From Christensenellaceae bacterium (GTDB taxonomy: Bacteria > Bacillota > Clostridia > Christensenellales > CAG-138): DNA of 64,000 nucleotides. The position numbers and the translations under genes were made by a program. The DNA is taken from NCBI GenBank assembly GCA_963674535.1, contig OY771363.1, forward strand, positions 177,335 through 241,334, written 5' to 3'. The notes under the pieces were generated by a model. The model was given only the letters and a program-made list of their open reading frames with translations, had not been told where the DNA came from and ran no database searches. Of the stretch, positions 29,315 to 38,500 are shown piece by piece; position 1 is the first letter of the stretch, and every line of letters begins with the position of its first letter.

Positions 29315-29342
29315 AAAAACCGCCCAAATTGGGCGGTTTTTT
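29315..29342. terminator. Bidirectional rho-independent terminator
   Basis: AAAAACCGCCCAAATTGGGCGGTTTTTT: a 7-bp GC-rich stem flanked by an A-run and a T-run. Confidence 0.7.
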
Positions 29343-29344
29343 AC

Positions 29345-29390
29345 TGGTTGCGGGGGATGGACTTGAACCAACGACCTCCGGGTTATGAGT
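29345..29390 (-). pseudogene. Orphan 3' half of a tRNA-Met(CAT)-type gene (anticodon loop to CCA)
   Basis: The minus strand reads ACTCATAACCCGGAGGTCGTTGGTTCAAGTCCATCCCCCGCAACCA: anticodon loop CTCATAA, T-loop TTCAAGT, acceptor 3' side plus CCA. No matching 5' half follows. Confidence 0.65.
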
Positions 29391-29511
29391 GCGTGGTAAA
29401 GCGAAAAATAATCACAAGAATTCGGGAGCAATACTAAATAATCGCCATTCTTGGGTACAATCCGAAATGTATTATTGACGATTATAAGCGATTATAAGCC
29501 ATTAGTAATGG

Positions 29512-29544
29512 CAATAAACATCAAATAAACATCAGGTAGTAGGT
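29512..29544. repeat. 33-nt direct repeat, copy 2
   Basis: CAATAAACATCAAATAAACATCAGGTAGTAGGT; see 29240-29272. Confidence 0.8.
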
Positions 29545-30252
29545 CAAGTTTGACTAAGTTTATTCTCCGATGGGCAGGGCCCAAATTTCCTCAATGCTCG
29601 TACCGAACGTATCCGAGATATACTGCCCGACGAGCCGCACTGAGCAAAAGTAAACATCAGCGATTTAAGAATCGTTATACATGTTCTTGAAACATTCTTC
29701 TACTGTGGAGGCACCCGATACGACACCATCGATCGTTGAACCATCCTTTAAAAAACAGTCAAATATCGCATAGGTCTCTCAAAGATCGCAACCTTCTTGG
29801 GAACGCTGTTCGATAAAGTGATATGTTATTACTGGACAGCAATCATAAATAAGCTTAAAAAACAGAAACCGTATTGATTTTCACCCTTTTAGGGCGAGGG
29901 GCTTCGTGCTTTTCAATGATTCCCTTGCGCTGCTCGTAGATACAGACTGCATTTGCCTCGTCTAGCGCGAAGCCGAAAATCTTGAGCGTGAGCTGCCTAA
30001 ACGGAAATGTATAGAGAGCGCTCGCATGCATGCCCAAGGCGTTTTTGATTGCACCGCCTTCCTGCGTTTTGAATACTAAGCCCAGTTCAATTACCGCTGG
30101 CAAGTCCGCAAGCTAATATTTGCGAGTCGGGATCGAGATGTCTACGAAAAATGCATCTCTTTGGGCAGAAAGGTATTGCAATCAGAGGATCGTTGGAAGG
30201 CATTCAGCTATAGCATTAGAAATCGTTAAACGTTAGTCTACCTATTCGCGGT

Positions 30253-31230
30253 TCAGGTGGATGAGCCGTACGCTCTCAATTGATCTCGGCGCTTACGAAA
30301 CTCGAGTATCGGCAAATCACCCTGTATGAGGTTTTCCTTCATCCTGAACTCGCTCTTTTTTGGCAGCTGCGTGAGCACTACGCGGCGATCCTGATGCAGA
30401 ATGAATCGATTCATAACGACGCCAAGCCCGCATATGAGCTGAGCCAGCACGGGGGCGCGCATAAACTTCTGATAGAAGCGCAGATAGATATACGTGTTTC
30501 CCTCGTCAACTGGCGCAAACGCGGCAAAAACACGAAGCTGATCCGAGATGGTGTTCTGCCAGATGTTCGGCATTTGAAACTGAAGATGAAACAGCTTCTC
30601 GTAGTTTTCGACCTCATTTGGCATTTCGGGACGCTGGCCTTGATCCAGCTCGTTTTTTACATAAAAGGTTAAGCAGTTATCGTTTCACTTGGCGACTGGG
30701 CCGTTCACAAGCGTTTTGTTGCCTCTGCCAATGGTTGTTTTATGCACAAAGGGAAGATGCACGACGTCCAGCTGATTTTCGATTGCGCGCGTGTAGTGAA
30801 CGCCCCAGTTTTCGGAGATTTCACCGTAGGTAAATCCGCTTTTGAGCTCTTCAAAGAACGGAACTTCAGGCAGGTCCGCGTTATAATCGCCATACCACAC
30901 CCAAATGAGACCATAGGCGTCCCGTGCATGATAGGCGTTCACGCGGTAGTTTTCCGCAACCTTAGCGTTCTGGCCATTGGCTGGAATGCGGGTTACCTTG
31001 CCGCTGCCATCGTAGAGAAACCCGTGAAACGGGCACTGGACATTATTCTCCACGAGCTTTCCTGTGCAAAGAGAAGCACCACGATGGCAACACTTGTCAT
31101 AGATGCAATGTACATCGCCAGCTTCGTCTCGCCAGAAGACGAGCTTTTCCGAGAAGCGCGTTACACCGATCAACTTGTTCCTTCTAAGCTGCTTCGAGCT
31201 GAGCACGGCATACCATTGATTTTGGATCAT
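30253..31230 (-). pseudogene. Rieske [2Fe-2S] oxygenase (ring-hydroxylating alpha-subunit-like) interrupted by one in-frame TGA at 30685-30687
   Basis: Rieske motif CCHRGASL...CPFHG. ORFs 30685-31230 and 30253-30624 are in the same frame. Read-through gives ...LVNGPVAK*NDNCLTFYVKNELDQGQRPEMPNEVENYEKLF... Confidence 0.8.
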
Positions 31231-31252
31231 AGGGAATCCTCTCTTTTGCGTC

Positions 31253-32560
31253 CTACATCTCAGGATGTTCCGTTTCCATTTCTGTTGACTCGGTCGTTGA
31301 ACAGCCGGGGTCACTTAAAAAGCAACTTCGGCCAAACACATCGATGCCAATTTCGGACATGTCCGCTTCTGCAATATGGTCGGGCAGGCGATGCTTTTTT
31401 TGGAGTAAGATCAGATAAACGGTTAAGCCCCCCATCAAAATTGCAGATAGTAATCCTGGAGCAGCCGACGATAAACTGCCGATTAACCACCCGCCCAATG
31501 CCGGTGCCACGATACGTGTAATACTCTCCATGGCAGCCGATATACCCATAATTTCACCGGTTTCATTTGCCGGAACAGCCTTTGATAAACCCGACCGCAG
31601 CAGCGTGCTGAGAATACCACTGGAAACAGACAATGGGACTAGAACGACCATCAAAACAGCTACATTCGGTGACAGAGCCCATCCTACATAAGACAACGTC
31701 AATGTAATCAGAGCAAAACGGACAAGTACGTTCTCTTTAAACCGTTTTGTTAATACCCCCATACCTCCGCCCTGGATGCCGGCAACCAAAACACCAACAT
31801 AAGCCAATATAAATCCTGTTGATTGCGCGGATAACTCCAGCCGTTGTTTGGCAAACAGAGAAAACACGGATTCAAACATGGCCATCGCCAGACTGAAAAC
31901 GATAATACTGCTTAAAATAGGCCCGGCAATTGGTTTAGCAAAGGCAGCGGCAAGCCCGTTCAACGGATGTTTACGTTTCACTTCCGATAAATGGTGTACC
32001 CGCTTTTCTTTCGGAAGGGATTCAGGAAGCAAAAAGGCAATCATAAACAAGTTAATGAGTGATAAACCCGCTGAGAATAATGCGGGTACGGCATACCCCC
32101 ACTGGCTTAAAAATCCACCGGAAGCAGGCCCGAGAATGAATCCAAGGCCAAAAGCGGCTCCGATCATGCCCATGCCCTTTGCGCGGTTTTTCTCATTGGT
32201 CACATCGGCAATGTAAGCCTGAGCTACTGTGATATTTCCACCAGTCAGCCCGTCTAAAAAACGACTGATCATAATAACGGCGATACTGCGCGCAAACCCT
32301 AACATCAACAGCGATAAAAAGGTTCCGGCAATACTGAACAATAATAATGGCTTTCTTCCAAAGCGATCCGAAAAGCGACCTACCAAAGGCGCTCCCAAGA
32401 ACTGACCCAACGGATAGGCAGCACCGATCAAACCGATCATGGCGGGTGTGGCTCCCCAGTTTGAAGCGATATAAGGCAGCAGAGGCAATATGAGTCCAAA
32501 GCCGAGCATATCGACAAATACGACAGAAAAAAGTGGCAGCAAAGGACTTTTCTGTTTCAT
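31253..32560 (-). CDS. MFS transporter (drug:H+ antiporter / Tet-like)
   Basis: 435 aa, 12 predicted TM helices, GRFSDRFGRKP motif between TM2 and TM3. Confidence 0.9.
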   Translation of the reverse strand: MKQKSPLLPLFSVVFVDMLGFGLILPLLPYIASNWGATPAMIGLIGAAYPLGQFLGAPLVGRFSDRFGRKPLLLFSIAGTFLSLLMLGFARSIAVIMISRFLDGLTGGNITVAQAYIADVTNEKNRAKGMGMIGAAFGLGFILGPASGGFLSQWGYAVPALFSAGLSLINLFMIAFLLPESLPKEKRVHHLSEVKRKHPLNGLAAAFAKPIAGPILSSIIVFSLAMAMFESVFSLFAKQRLELSAQSTGFILAYVGVLVAGIQGGGMGVLTKRFKENVLVRFALITLTLSYVGWALSPNVAVLMVVLVPLSVSSGILSTLLRSGLSKAVPANETGEIMGISAAMESITRIVAPALGGWLIGSLSSAAPGLLSAILMGGLTVYLILLQKKHRLPDHIAEADMSEIGIDVFGRSCFLSDPGCSTTESTEMETEHPEM

Positions 32561-32825
32561 AGCAAACCTCGCAGTAATCGATGTATTTTATTACTGATAA
32601 CCAAATTTCACATATGTTTTTTTAGGTAATAGTTAAAAGATCACAGTTTCACTATTTTCGATTGTTACGAGAACGAATAACTTCTAAATCGCCTTTCTTC
32701 TATTTCTTTCGAAGATGAAAGGCTTTCAACTACCGCTGTGCAGTTCCGAGATGCTACAATCAGAGATCACTTCGCAGAAACCGACTCCGGATTAAAGCAA
32801 GTATCTGTGATAGAAGTTTCACAAT

Positions 32826-33302
32826 CTAGGAGTTCTTACTTTGATTGTTAAAGAAGTCTTTAACTTTTTTAAACAACCCTGCCCCAATCATTTCATCTGC
32901 AACAGCTAAGATTTGCTTGATCGCTGCGAGAATGTTTTTTTCGCCAGCCCAATGTTTTTCAACTACTGCTGAATCTGTATGGTTTAGTATTGCATTCAGT
33001 GCATATGCGGCAAGCGCAAGGTCATCAAGATAACCTACCCCTGGAAAAAAATCTGGCACAACGTCAATTGGTAATACAAAGTAAGCAATTACACCAGCTA
33101 GTTTTGCCTTATCAGCAGTTTTAACGTCTTTATCCAGGCTGAGCTTGCATAACAGATGAAACATGTCAGGCACAAGCAATAAATACTCAGTAAATTTAAA
33201 TTTTCTGCCTTCGTCCGTTTCAAGAAATTCGTGAATTTTCTGCCTCATACTTTGGTAGAAGTCAACTTTTTCATGAGCACTAATAATTATTTCTTCGTTC
33301 AT
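32826..33302 (-). CDS. DUF1232 (YkvA-like) membrane protein
   Basis: The core VIAYFVLPIDVVPDFFPGVGYLDDLALAAYAL is typical of DUF1232. The longer ORF-track N-terminus runs into IS256 and is rejected; the start is taken at MNEEIII. Confidence 0.75.
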   Translation of the reverse strand: MNEEIIISAHEKVDFYQSMRQKIHEFLETDEGRKFKFTEYLLLVPDMFHLLCKLSLDKDVKTADKAKLAGVIAYFVLPIDVVPDFFPGVGYLDDLALAAYALNAILNHTDSAVVEKHWAGEKNILAAIKQILAVADEMIGAGLFKKVKDFFNNQSKNS

Positions 33303-33328
33303 CTGTTTGTTATAACCTTTCTGAAATC

Positions 33329-34687
33329 GATAACGTCCATATAATGGTGTAAATTCGAGAAAGAGCCATCCGCTCGACCTTGGTATAATCAGGTTGCAGA
33401 AACCAAAAACACCAAGGAGGAAGAAACAGATGGCCCAGATCAATCTTACCGTAGACAGCGAACTAATAAAAGAGTTGTTTTCGGCAAATGGAAAAGATGA
33501 GGCGTTCGCTGCCCTGGTATCGACGATCCTGAACCAAGTACTCAACGCTCAAGCCAGCGAGCAAATTGGCGCACAGCCATATGAGCGCAGCGATGAGCGG
33601 CAGGCTTACCGTAACGGGTATCGAGAACGAGAGCTTCATACACGGGTGGGAACGCTGCAGCTGCTCGTGCCGCGACTTCGAAACGGGGAATTCAGCACCG
33701 AACTGTTTCAAAAATATCAACGGAGCGAGCAAGCTTTGGTGCTGACAATCATGGAGATGGTTGTTAACGGGGTATCTACTCGAAAGATTACAACGATCAC
33801 CGAAGAGCTGTGCGGCAGATCGTTCTCCAAGTCCACCGTGTCGGCGCTGTGTGCCGCGTTAGACCCTGTCGTCATAGCGTTTCGAGATCGACAGCTGGAG
33901 AAGCGATATCCCTTCGTGATGGCAGACGCCCTTTACACAAAGGTACGTGAGAATGGCCGGATTCGCTCCAAGGGATTCATGATCGCCGTAGGGATCAATG
34001 AACAGGGTTTTCGCGAAATACTGGGTTTCAGTTGCGCGGACAGTGAAACAGAAGCTGGATGGACCACCTTCTTCAGGGAACTGAAAGGCCGGGGGCTTGC
34101 TCAAGTTGACATGGTCATATCCGACTCTCACAAGGGCCTTGTCCAGGCCGTGAAGCAGTGTTTTCAAGGAGCAACATGGCAAAGATGCCAAACCCACTTC
34201 TCTCGCAACATGCTGGACGTTTGTCCCAAGAAACTTCATCCGGAGATGAAGGCGGCACTAAAGAGCCTGTATGAAGCGGGCGATTACGAAACGGCAATTC
34301 TCCTGAGAGACAGTATGCTATCAAGGTTTCAGCAGGAAGCTCCTAAAGCGGCCGCATTGCTTGAAGAGAGCTTCGAAGACGTAATGGCCGTGCTGTCCTT
34401 GCCATATACCCTGCGCCGTCGTCTTCGAACGACAAACGGAATTGAGCGGCTTAACGAGGAGATCCGGCGCAGAGAGCGAGTGATTCGGATTTTCCCCAAT
34501 GAAGAATCCCTGTCCCGCCTGATCGGAGCCCTGCTCATGGAAATCAATGATGGCTGGCAATCGGGGAAAGTCTATTTGGACTTGACTGCCTATCTCGCTC
34601 AGCAACTACAGGTGGATAAACCAACTGAAAAGAAATCTGTCGCCTGATTATGCTAAAGCGAATTTACACACAATTCTGGACTTGACT
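33329..34687 (+). mobile_element. IS256-family insertion sequence, complete, with 8-bp target site duplication CTGAAATC
   Basis: TSD copies at 33321-33328 and 34688-34695. Imperfect terminal inverted repeats share ...GTGTAAATTCG. One transposase gene. Confidence 0.85.
33430..34647 (+). CDS. IS256-family (mutator-type) transposase
   Basis: 405 aa. ...ERSDERQAYRNGYRERELHTRVGTLQLLVPRLRNGEF... and ...VISDSHKGL...WQRCQTHFSRN are hallmarks of the family. Confidence 0.9.
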   Translation: MAQINLTVDSELIKELFSANGKDEAFAALVSTILNQVLNAQASEQIGAQPYERSDERQAYRNGYRERELHTRVGTLQLLVPRLRNGEFSTELFQKYQRSEQALVLTIMEMVVNGVSTRKITTITEELCGRSFSKSTVSALCAALDPVVIAFRDRQLEKRYPFVMADALYTKVRENGRIRSKGFMIAVGINEQGFREILGFSCADSETEAGWTTFFRELKGRGLAQVDMVISDSHKGLVQAVKQCFQGATWQRCQTHFSRNMLDVCPKKLHPEMKAALKSLYEAGDYETAILLRDSMLSRFQQEAPKAAALLEESFEDVMAVLSLPYTLRRRLRTTNGIERLNEEIRRRERVIRIFPNEESLSRLIGALLMEINDGWQSGKVYLDLTAYLAQQLQVDKPTEKKSVA

Positions 34688-34704
34688 CTGAAATCATTGG
34701 TTAT

Positions 34705-35079
34705 TTAAATGATCAAACTTTCCCGGCTGAACGTGCCCAGCACCGTCAACGCTCTAAATCGCTTTCCATTGTACAGTTGATCGGATACGAAGTCCATACA
34801 CCAGCATTCGTTCACCGCAGATGCCAATCCCTTCTCAGGAGCCCTTGAAACACTGATCTTCTTACGGCTTGAGGGTTTCCTCAGGTTCAATCATTCCTGC
34901 CTGTACAGCTTGTAGACCCGTTTGTGGTTGATTTTCCAGCCTTCCCGCAGTAACAGGACGTGAATTCGCCGATACCCGTATCGCTTTCGCACAGAGGCAA
35001 TTTCCTTGATTCTCATTCGCAAAAAGGCCTGCTCGTCCCGGGTTGGCTGCCTCCGGTGCAATCCCCGGTTGATTCGCAA
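34705..35079 (-). pseudogene. IS3-family OrfB, N-terminal remnant with internal stop
   Basis: ...IASVRKRYGYRRIHVLLLREGWKINHKRVYKLYRQE / LNLRKPSSRKKISV...NECWCMDFVSDQLYNGKRFRALTV... The DDE core is missing. Confidence 0.7.
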
Positions 35080-35156
35080 TACCGTACAGCTTCTGCGTTC
35101 GCTTGCTTGAAAACGTTCCTGCAGGTACCGTACGGCGTCCCGCTTCTCGACAGGCC

Positions 35157-35423
35157 TTAGAATTTTTTTGTCAATACGTCCTGTAGCAGCGCCTTATCCA
35201 AACTCAGATCTGCCACCAGCTTCTTCAGCCGGGCGTTCTCTTGTTCGAGTTGCCGCAGTCGCTTCATATCGCTCGGCAGCATCCCGCCGTACTTGCTCTT
35301 CCAGCGGTAAAACATCTGATCCGCTATCCCCAGTTTCCGACACACCTCCGATACCGGCGTCCCCAGTTCCGCCTGCTTCAGCGCAAAGGCGATCTGCTCC
35401 TCGGTGTAATTACTCGTCTTCAT
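35157..35423 (-). CDS. IS3-family OrfA (HTH transposase subunit)
   Basis: MKTSNYTEEQIAFALKQAELGTPVSEVCRKLGIADQMFYRWKSKYGG...leucine zipper: classical IS3/IS407 OrfA. Confidence 0.75.
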   Translation of the reverse strand: MKTSNYTEEQIAFALKQAELGTPVSEVCRKLGIADQMFYRWKSKYGGMLPSDMKRLRQLEQENARLKKLVADLSLDKALLQDVLTKKF

Positions 35424-35539
35424 TCCTTCGTCCACTCCTTTTTATAATTTTACTATTTTTCTCTTTTTGAGTGGACTACTTTTTCGCGGAGCAGGTCAAG
35501 GGATAGGAGCCGGACATTCGGGTTCGGCTTCACAACCAG

Positions 35540-38500
35540 GGATCACCCCCGCGCGTGCGGGGAATAGAAGCGGAGTTAATCGCTGATCCTCAAAAGCTGC
35601 GGATCACCCCCGCGCGTGTGGGGAATAGATTGCCAACTGAATTCTGACGTTCGATTCCCAAGGATCACCCCCGCGCGTGCGGGGAATAGGTGGTGAAGCC
35701 AAACAAGAATGTTCGTATTGTGGGATCACCCCCGCGCGTGCGGGGAATAGAAAGGCACGAATCACATCAACGTATTTTGAAAAGGATCACCCCCGCGCGT
35801 GCGGGGAATAGGATAACGACGATACATCTACTTGGGATAAAGAGGGATCACCCCCGCGCGTGCGGGGAATAGTTGCCATACATTGGCTTACTTGCTGCAT
35901 TGTCGGGATCACCCCCGCGCGTGCGGGGAATAGGCCGCGAGAACATCAGAACCACCGTAAGCATGGGGATCACCCCCGCGCGTGCGGGGAATAGGATTAA
36001 CTCCGCTTTTGTCCTCATTGGCGTAAAGGATCACCCCCGCGCGTGCGGGGAATAGATTCCTGAACTCCCCTGTCCCATGCGCTACGGGGGATCACCCCCG
36101 CGCGTGCGGGGAATAGGAGTGACTTCATCGGCTTGACCGCTTGCGTGCGGGATCACCCCCGCGCGTGCGGGGAATAGCGCATTTGATGGTCTTGGCTCTA
36201 TATATTACAGGGATCACCCCCGCGCGTGCGGGGAATAGCTGCGCCTTTATGGCTTACATCGGGCATTGTTGGGATCACCCCCGCGCGTGCGGGGAATAGT
36301 AACGGCGGCTAGTACGAGCGGCGCGGTAATGGGGATCACCCCCGCGCGTGCGGGGAATAGTAACGGCGGCTAGTACGAGCGGCGCGGTAATGGGGATCAC
36401 CCCCGCGCGTGCGGGGAATAGTGAAAAGCGGTGAAAAACACCCCGATATGATCAGGATCACCCCCGCGCGTGCGGGGAATAGGAGCGCATCTATTACAGT
36501 ATCTACTACAGTACAGGATCACCCCCGCGCGTGCGGGGAATAGGCGCGCTTTTTCGGCTTCTGCTTTCACCTTGCGGGATCACCCCCGCGCGTGCGGGGA
36601 ATAGTGCTCAGCTTGCGCAATTTGGATTTCGATACTGGGATCACCCCCGCGCGTGCGGGGAATAGTTTAAAACGGTGAAAAAGTCCCCCCTAGGGGCGGG
36701 ATCACCCCCGCGCGTGCGGGGAATAGTGTACGCGTCCATATAGCCTTCATAATCTTGTGGGATCACCCCCGCGCGTGCGGGGAATAGGAAGCGTGAAGCG
36801 TGAACGCCGGTCATGTAATGGGATCACCCCCGCGCGTGCGGGGAATAGGTAAAACTTCTTGACCGTGGTTTCCTTTGCCGCGGATCACCCCCGCGCGTGC
36901 GGGGAATAGCTTTCTTTTTCGCTGTCGTTGTCACCGTTGGGAGGATCACCCCCGCGCGTGCGGGGAATAGAAAGAAGTGTTCATTACATATATATAAAGT
37001 ATGGGATCACCCCCGCGCGTGCGGGGAATAGGGCCATTGTGCAGCCTTGCACGAGTACAGGTGAGGATCACCCCCGCGCGTGCGGGGAATAGTTTGCTAC
37101 TCATTTTTTTATCTTCCTTCATATAGGATCACCCCCGCGCGTGCGGGGAATAGCCATCTTTTTCACTTTGCATAGTTTACTTTGCAGGATCACCCCCGCG
37201 CGTGCGGGGAATAGTCTTCCAATTCGGAGGGCGTTTTTGTTGCAAACTGATCACCCCCGCGCGTGCGGGGAATAGTCGCTTGTATTGGTTGCGTGTTTCT
37301 TCTGTTGGGGATCACCCCCGCGCGTGCGGGGAATAGAACTAGATCGCTGCTTTACGATCTGTTTGCATGGGATCACCCCCGCGCGTGCGGGGAATAGTTT
37401 TTCACTTCGACGCATCTGGAATTAACAAAAGGATCACCCCCGCGCGTGCGGGGAATAGGCGCCTCGACGGCTTTTCCCGTCCGCAGGCTAAGGATCACCC
37501 CCGCGCGTGCGGGGAATAGCTGTTGTGCATCTGACAGGCTATCATCAATAGGGGATCACCCCCGCGCGTGCGGGGAATAGTTTGTTTACAATTTCGACAC
37601 AATCTCGGACACAGGATCACCCCCGCGCGTGCGGGGAATAGTCATCTTTTGAAACAAGGTCAGCGGCCTGCGAAGGATCACCCCCGCGCGTGCGGGGAAT
37701 AGGGTTTTCATCGGCTTGTAATCAAACGGCATTTAGGATCACCCCCGCGCGTGCGGGGAATAGTTTATCCTGCAAAAGTACATTTTTAAGGATAAAGGAT
37801 CACCCCCGCGCGTGCGGGGAATAGTATCATGCCTTGTCAACGAGTGTTTCCCGTTCGGGATCACCCCCGCGCGTGCGGGGAATAGTGGTCGCGCTTGAGC
37901 GCAGTTTTTGCGTCCATGGGATCACCCCCGCGCGTGCGGGGAATAGCCGCGCTTTTTCGGCTTCCGCTTTTGCCTTGCGGGATCACCCCCGCGCGTGCGG
38001 GGAATAGTTCTCATTCTTCTTGCCGGACTTCTTGACAGGAGGATCACCCCCGCGCGTGCGGGGAATAGTAGCACGACCGTTTTTTGCCATTTGAATTTGG
38101 AGGATCACCCCCGCGCGTGCGGGGAATAGCCCTTGTAATTGACCGATCTCTTGATGTGCAGCGGATCACCCCCGCGCGTGCGGGGAATAGACCACTTTCC
38201 AACGCTGCCCTGTGGACACCGTGGGATCACCCCCGCGCGTGCGGGGAATAGGCGGCTTTCCATGTTTTGAGCTGCCCGCGCTTGGGATCACCCCCGCGCG
38301 TGCGGGGAATAGCCAAAGATACGCGAAAGCGCGGGTACAGGGACAGGATCACCCCCGCGCGTGCGGGGAATAGCCGTTCGCCTGTCGGTTAGTTCGTGCT
38401 TGTCTGGGATCACCCCCGCGCGTGCGGGGAATAGTAGTCGGCACAGCCGACCGTGAGCGGGTATGTGGGATCACCCCCGCGCGTGCGGGGAATAGTAATC

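Larger units (their letters stand above)
34696..35498 (-). mobile_element. IS3-family (IS407-like) element, truncated and decayed
   Basis: The terminus on the minus strand is TGACCTGCTCCGCG... at 35498. OrfA is intact. OrfB carries an in-frame TGA (..YRQE*LNLRK..) and ends after ~120 codons next to the IS256 TSD. Confidence 0.75.

Noticed and set aside
29855-30103. An 82-aa minus-strand ORF in the decayed region right of the tRNA fragment.
   Set aside because: No recognisable family, no clear RBS, and it is surrounded by fragmentary frames. It may be a gene remnant, but I cannot support a call.
30685-30687. The in-frame TGA in the Rieske oxygenase as a possible selenocysteine or programmed read-through codon.
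   Set aside because: No SECIS-like hairpin is evident immediately downstream. Rieske oxygenases are not known selenoproteins, and the surrounding region contains other decayed genes. A nonsense mutation is the simpler explanation.
35690-36055. Two 60-aa ORFs (35690-35872 and 35873-36055) with repeated PPRVRGI / PARAGNR / DHPRACGE motifs.
   Set aside because: They are translations of the CRISPR repeats in three phases; the periodic peptide motif is an artefact of the 61-nt period.
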